In this document: piece by piece, positions 33,191 to 35,983 of the stretch
Numbering within the stretch: position 1 is the first letter of the stretch
Layout of the letters: the number at the start of each line of letters is the position of its first letter
NCBI GenBank assembly: GCA_023136735.1
Contig: JAGLQQ010000056.1
Location: 1 to 35,983, forward strand
Length of the DNA stretch: 35,983 nt
DNA from: Candidatus Omnitrophota bacterium
GTDB lineage: Bacteria; Omnitrophota; Gorgyraeia; B26-G9
Direction: 5' to 3'
Notes under the pieces: model-generated
Databases searched by the model: none
Told to the model about the DNA's origin: nothing
The model's input: the letters and a program-made list of their open reading frames with translations, nothing else
Translations under genes and position numbers: made by a program

Positions 33191-34886
33191 AAATACCAAT
33201 AGAACTCACATAATATTGCTGATTTTACTGCTTTCTCTGCACTTTCTGAGCAATGTTGTTTTTTTAAAGGGTAATCCCTTTCCTGAAGGAAAGGATAGTT
33301 ATGCGCATGCAAGCAGTTTTCTTAATTTTGCGCAAATTGCAAGCTCAGGATTAGAACATCCCTTTTATGTGCAAGAGAAAGGCCTTCTATTTAGTCTTGT
33401 GTTCACATCTTTTGATTATCCGCCTTTATTTTACTTTGTATCTTTTCTGCTGAATTTAATTTCACCGTTAATATTTATGAACGGTGCTGTTTTATCCTCA
33501 AGCCTGTTTTTTATGCTTCTTCTCTTAGGTATTTATAAGATTGGTGCCAAAATGAGCAAGGATACAGGTATTTTAGCTGCATTTATCTGCAGTTTTTATC
33601 CTATTATCCATCAAACCTCGAGACATTTTAATTTGGAGCTAGCTACAAGTGCAATGGTTGCTTTAAGTATTTGGCTGCTTGTTGAAACGGAATATTTTGA
33701 GAATAATAGATATTCTATTTTACTTGGCATTATGTTGGGACTGGGGATGCTAACAAAACAAACATTTATTGTTTATATATCAGTTGTGTTTATTTTTTAT
33801 GTTTGGATCTCATTTAAAGTGAAGGCAAAGAATAAAGTAAATCATAAATTAAAGCGTAATAATTTATTAAGAATAATAGGGATAGCAGTAATTATAAGCA
33901 GCATATTTTATTTTAACAAACTGGTTTTTGCCAGTGTAGCTCATAGAGCTTTTTTCCCAGGAGCTGTAATGGGGGGGGGGATATTATCTTTAAAACATCT
34001 ATTGTATTATCCTTTTTCCCTAAAGAATACTATTGGTTTATTTTTCATCCTAGTTTTTCTTATGGGTATTCTGCCGAATAAAAAGATGGATTCATTCTAT
34101 AGACGTTTATTGTTCCTTTGGTTGATCGCGCCTGTTGTGCTGCTTAGCTTTTTTTCTTTAAAATATGCTGAGTATACAATTGCTGTAATTCCGGCAATGG
34201 CGCTGATATCCTCAGCAGGAATATTAGCTTTGCCTAAGCGGGCAAGGAGAATATGTATAGGGAGTGTTTGCCTGGTGAGTCTGATCTTATATGCGCAAAC
34301 TATTTCCGGAAATGCTGGATCTTTTTATGCTCGCTATGATAATGAGAAAAATTACCATGTTTCCATCCTGCAAGTTACCGATGGTAATATCAATCAGTTT
34401 AACTCCGTTCCTGAATTACTAAAGTCAATGCAGGGGGAAAACGTAAAGATTGGCGTTTGCTATGACAGTATTGGCTTATTTTTTCCGACTTTTTTGGTTA
34501 AGAGGATTTTTGCTGTAACTAAAATGCAGTCTGCTGTAGTGGATTTGATGTTTAGGACTACAGTTTTTTTTAATAATCTGGACGATTTTGATTTTTTTAT
34601 ATATGTTTCGCTTAGTCAGAAGCATTGGCCGAGCAAACAATCTTTTGTTGAGTTTATAGAAGAGAATAACGAAAAATGTAATGTAAAAGTTGAATTTACT
34701 GATCAATTTTCTAATGACTATGTGTTTGCCGATAGAAAAAAGATTGTCATTGCCCAATATTTAGTAGATAAACTTATATCTATTAAACGAGAGTATGATC
34801 CTTATTGCTATATTAAATTCGATGATTCTGAGAATTTTTTATCAGAACATGTTTATATTTATAAATTCAGGAATGATGATGATTAA
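33180..34886 (+). CDS. GT-C fold polyprenyl-phosphate-sugar-dependent glycosyltransferase (ArnT / PMT_2-like) with a C-terminal soluble domain
   Basis: About 10-12 TM segments. The first-loop acidic motif is ..PEGKDSYAHA. Also YPPLFYF and ..GLGMLTKQTF.., as in the ArnT/PMT_2 families. It lies close downstream of a GtrB-like GT2 gene. Confidence 0.65.
   Translation: MKTKNTNRTHIILLILLLSLHFLSNVVFLKGNPFPEGKDSYAHASSFLNFAQIASSGLEHPFYVQEKGLLFSLVFTSFDYPPLFYFVSFLLNLISPLIFMNGAVLSSSLFFMLLLLGIYKIGAKMSKDTGILAAFICSFYPIIHQTSRHFNLELATSAMVALSIWLLVETEYFENNRYSILLGIMLGLGMLTKQTFIVYISVVFIFYVWISFKVKAKNKVNHKLKRNNLLRIIGIAVIISSIFYFNKLVFASVAHRAFFPGAVMGGGILSLKHLLYYPFSLKNTIGLFFILVFLMGILPNKKMDSFYRRLLFLWLIAPVVLLSFFSLKYAEYTIAVIPAMALISSAGILALPKRARRICIGSVCLVSLILYAQTISGNAGSFYARYDNEKNYHVSILQVTDGNINQFNSVPELLKSMQGENVKIGVCYDSIGLFFPTFLVKRIFAVTKMQSAVVDLMFRTTVFFNNLDDFDFFIYVSLSQKHWPSKQSFVEFIEENNEKCNVKVEFTDQFSNDYVFADRKKIVIAQYLVDKLISIKREYDPYCYIKFDDSENFLSEHVYIYKFRNDDD
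33971..33980 (+). repeat. G10 homopolymer inside the GT-C coding sequence
   Basis: aatGGGGGGGGGGata encodes M-G-G-G-I. The next-longest G/C runs I saw in the window are G6. This is a striking outlier in AT-rich DNA. Confidence 0.9.
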
Positions 34887-35940
34887 AGATATTTATTCTC
34901 AAATAAACAATTTGCATGTATTTAGTAAACTGTTTTCGTTAAAGCAAATTGTGAGTCGGATTTTTGATTATCCGTTGACGATTAATATTTTAATTACATC
35001 AGATTGTAACTTGAAGTGTAAGATTTGCTCAGCTAAAAAAATGATGGAAGAAAAAAAGCAGCTTAAAACATCTGAAATTACTAATTTTATAAATACGATT
35101 GCGAGATATAACCCTACTATTTTTATCGGTGGTGGGGAGCCTTTTATGCGGGAGGATATCTTAGAAATTTTTAAAACAATAAAGAACAATAAATTGCGTT
35201 TTGGTGCAGTTACTAATGGACTTTTACTTGATCGGAGTAAAGTTGATGCACTTTTAAGCGCTCAGCCGCAGGTAATGATTTTTTCTTTGCATGGCTCAGG
35301 TAAACTTCATGATGATGTTGTTGGGCACAAAGGAGCGTTTGAACTTTTGAATCGAAATATTAAATATTTAAATGCAAAAAGAAAAAATATGCGGCTGATA
35401 TTAAATTGCGTTATAAGCGAAGAGAACTATGAATATCTTGAGGAAATGGTGGCCTTTGGGAAAGAAATCGGTGTGGATTTTGTAAGATTCGAACATCTGA
35501 TTTTTCTTAATCATAAAGAGTATGAAAAACATATAGAAGTTAGTACAAAAACATTCCCACAGGATAAGTGTGAGTTGGCGACTTATATAAAAGATATTAA
35601 CAATGTCAAAATAGGGCAGACACTTGAGAAAGCCATCCCGTATTTACGTCAAAAGTACAGAAACTTTGTTTTTTTTAAACCTTATCTGAATTTACAAGAA
35701 CTTTCTTCTTGGTATAAAAGGGGTTTCTTTCCAAAGCGAAGATGCCTGTTTGTGCAGCATTCGTTGTATATTAAACCAAACGGAGACATAGTGCCGTGCC
35801 AGTTCTTTAACAATTTTGTTCTTGGTAATATTTTAAAAGATGATTTTATACAAGTTTGGAGATCGATGGAGCGGAAATCATTCAGCCAGCTGCTTAATAA
35901 ACGCCTTTTACCGGGGTGTATTCGGTGTTGTAAATTGTAG
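34873..35940 (+). CDS. Radical SAM enzyme with a SPASM/twitch-like C-terminus
   Basis: I prefer the ATGATGATG start (34873), which overlaps the upstream stop region in the same way as the 26316 start. Motifs: ITSDCNLKCKIC (CX3CX2C), IGGGEPFM, VTNG, C-X12-G-X4-C (CLFVQHSLYIKPNGDIVPC), and terminal PGCIRCC. The ORF-track start at 34795 would overlap the GT-C gene by 92 nt. Confidence 0.8.
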   Translation: MMMIKDIYSQINNLHVFSKLFSLKQIVSRIFDYPLTINILITSDCNLKCKICSAKKMMEEKKQLKTSEITNFINTIARYNPTIFIGGGEPFMREDILEIFKTIKNNKLRFGAVTNGLLLDRSKVDALLSAQPQVMIFSLHGSGKLHDDVVGHKGAFELLNRNIKYLNAKRKNMRLILNCVISEENYEYLEEMVAFGKEIGVDFVRFEHLIFLNHKEYEKHIEVSTKTFPQDKCELATYIKDINNVKIGQTLEKAIPYLRQKYRNFVFFKPYLNLQELSSWYKRGFFPKRRCLFVQHSLYIKPNGDIVPCQFFNNFVLGNILKDDFIQVWRSMERKSFSQLLNKRLLPGCIRCCKL

Positions 35941-35951
35941 AGGATAAGACA

Positions 35952-35983
35952 CAGTAACCAGTAATCAGTGGACAGTTACCAGT
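35952..35983. repeat. Imperfect tandem heptanucleotide repeat (CAGTnnn x4.5) running to the window edge
   Basis: CAGTAAC|CAGTAAT|CAGTGGA|CAGTTAC|CAGT begins 12 nt after the stop of the last gene. It is truncated by the window end. Confidence 0.7.

Noticed and set aside
34795-34872. The upstream ORF-track start (34795) for the last rSAM gene, and likewise 2135 for the pseudopilin, 4884 (TTG) for the flavoprotein and 29775 for the GT2.
   Set aside because: The extended N-termini overlap the preceding genes or add residues with no family logic. The downstream ATGs give canonical N-termini and better coupling or SD geometry.

Overview
The window is visibly AT-rich and nearly every credible gene is on the + strand. 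Genes are tightly packed and often translationally coupled through ATGA, TGATG or TAATG stop/start overlaps. There is no rRNA, tRNA, CRISPR array, transposase or integrase.

Layout:
- 3-2890: a 5'-partial putative outer-membrane protein followed by a prepilin-type pseudopilin.
- 2891-3873: about 1 kb of noncoding, hairpin-rich spacer with a near-consensus sigma70 promoter.
- 3874-27959: a roughly 24-kb operon-like block. It opens as a classic ABC-transporter-dependent glycan pathway (WecA/MraY-family initiating transferase, Glf-like flavoprotein, Wzm permease, Wzt ATPase). It is then dominated by radical SAM (rSAM) enzymes.
- 28566-35940: a second block with GT4, GtrB/ArnC-like GT2, NodU/CmcH carbamoyltransferase, an anchored CBM-like protein, an ArnT/PMT-like GT-C enzyme and one more rSAM/SPASM-like gene.

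The rSAM enzymes in the first block are:
- five tandem paralogous SPASM/twitch-like rSAM genes;
- a 1179-aa rSAM fusion;
- two anchored SGNH hydrolases, which are not rSAM but lie between the two fusions;
- a 1394-aa protein with two rSAM domains;
- a B12-type rSAM.

The main candidate for a novel system is a ~200-225-aa repeat module that I do not recognise. It occurs 10 times: five tandem copies form the C-terminal extension of Wzt, three sit in the 1179-aa rSAM protein and two in the 1394-aa dual-rSAM protein. In total I count 10 rSAM domains in 9 ORFs. This suggests polymer-directed radical tailoring coupled to export, but that is inference only.

Secondary signals:
- a G10 tract inside the GT-C gene;
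- an inverted-repeat-bounded 319-bp unit carrying an 85-aa minus-strand ORF, with a related solo hairpin 25 kb away;
- heptad-periodic, stop-rich intergenic repeats.
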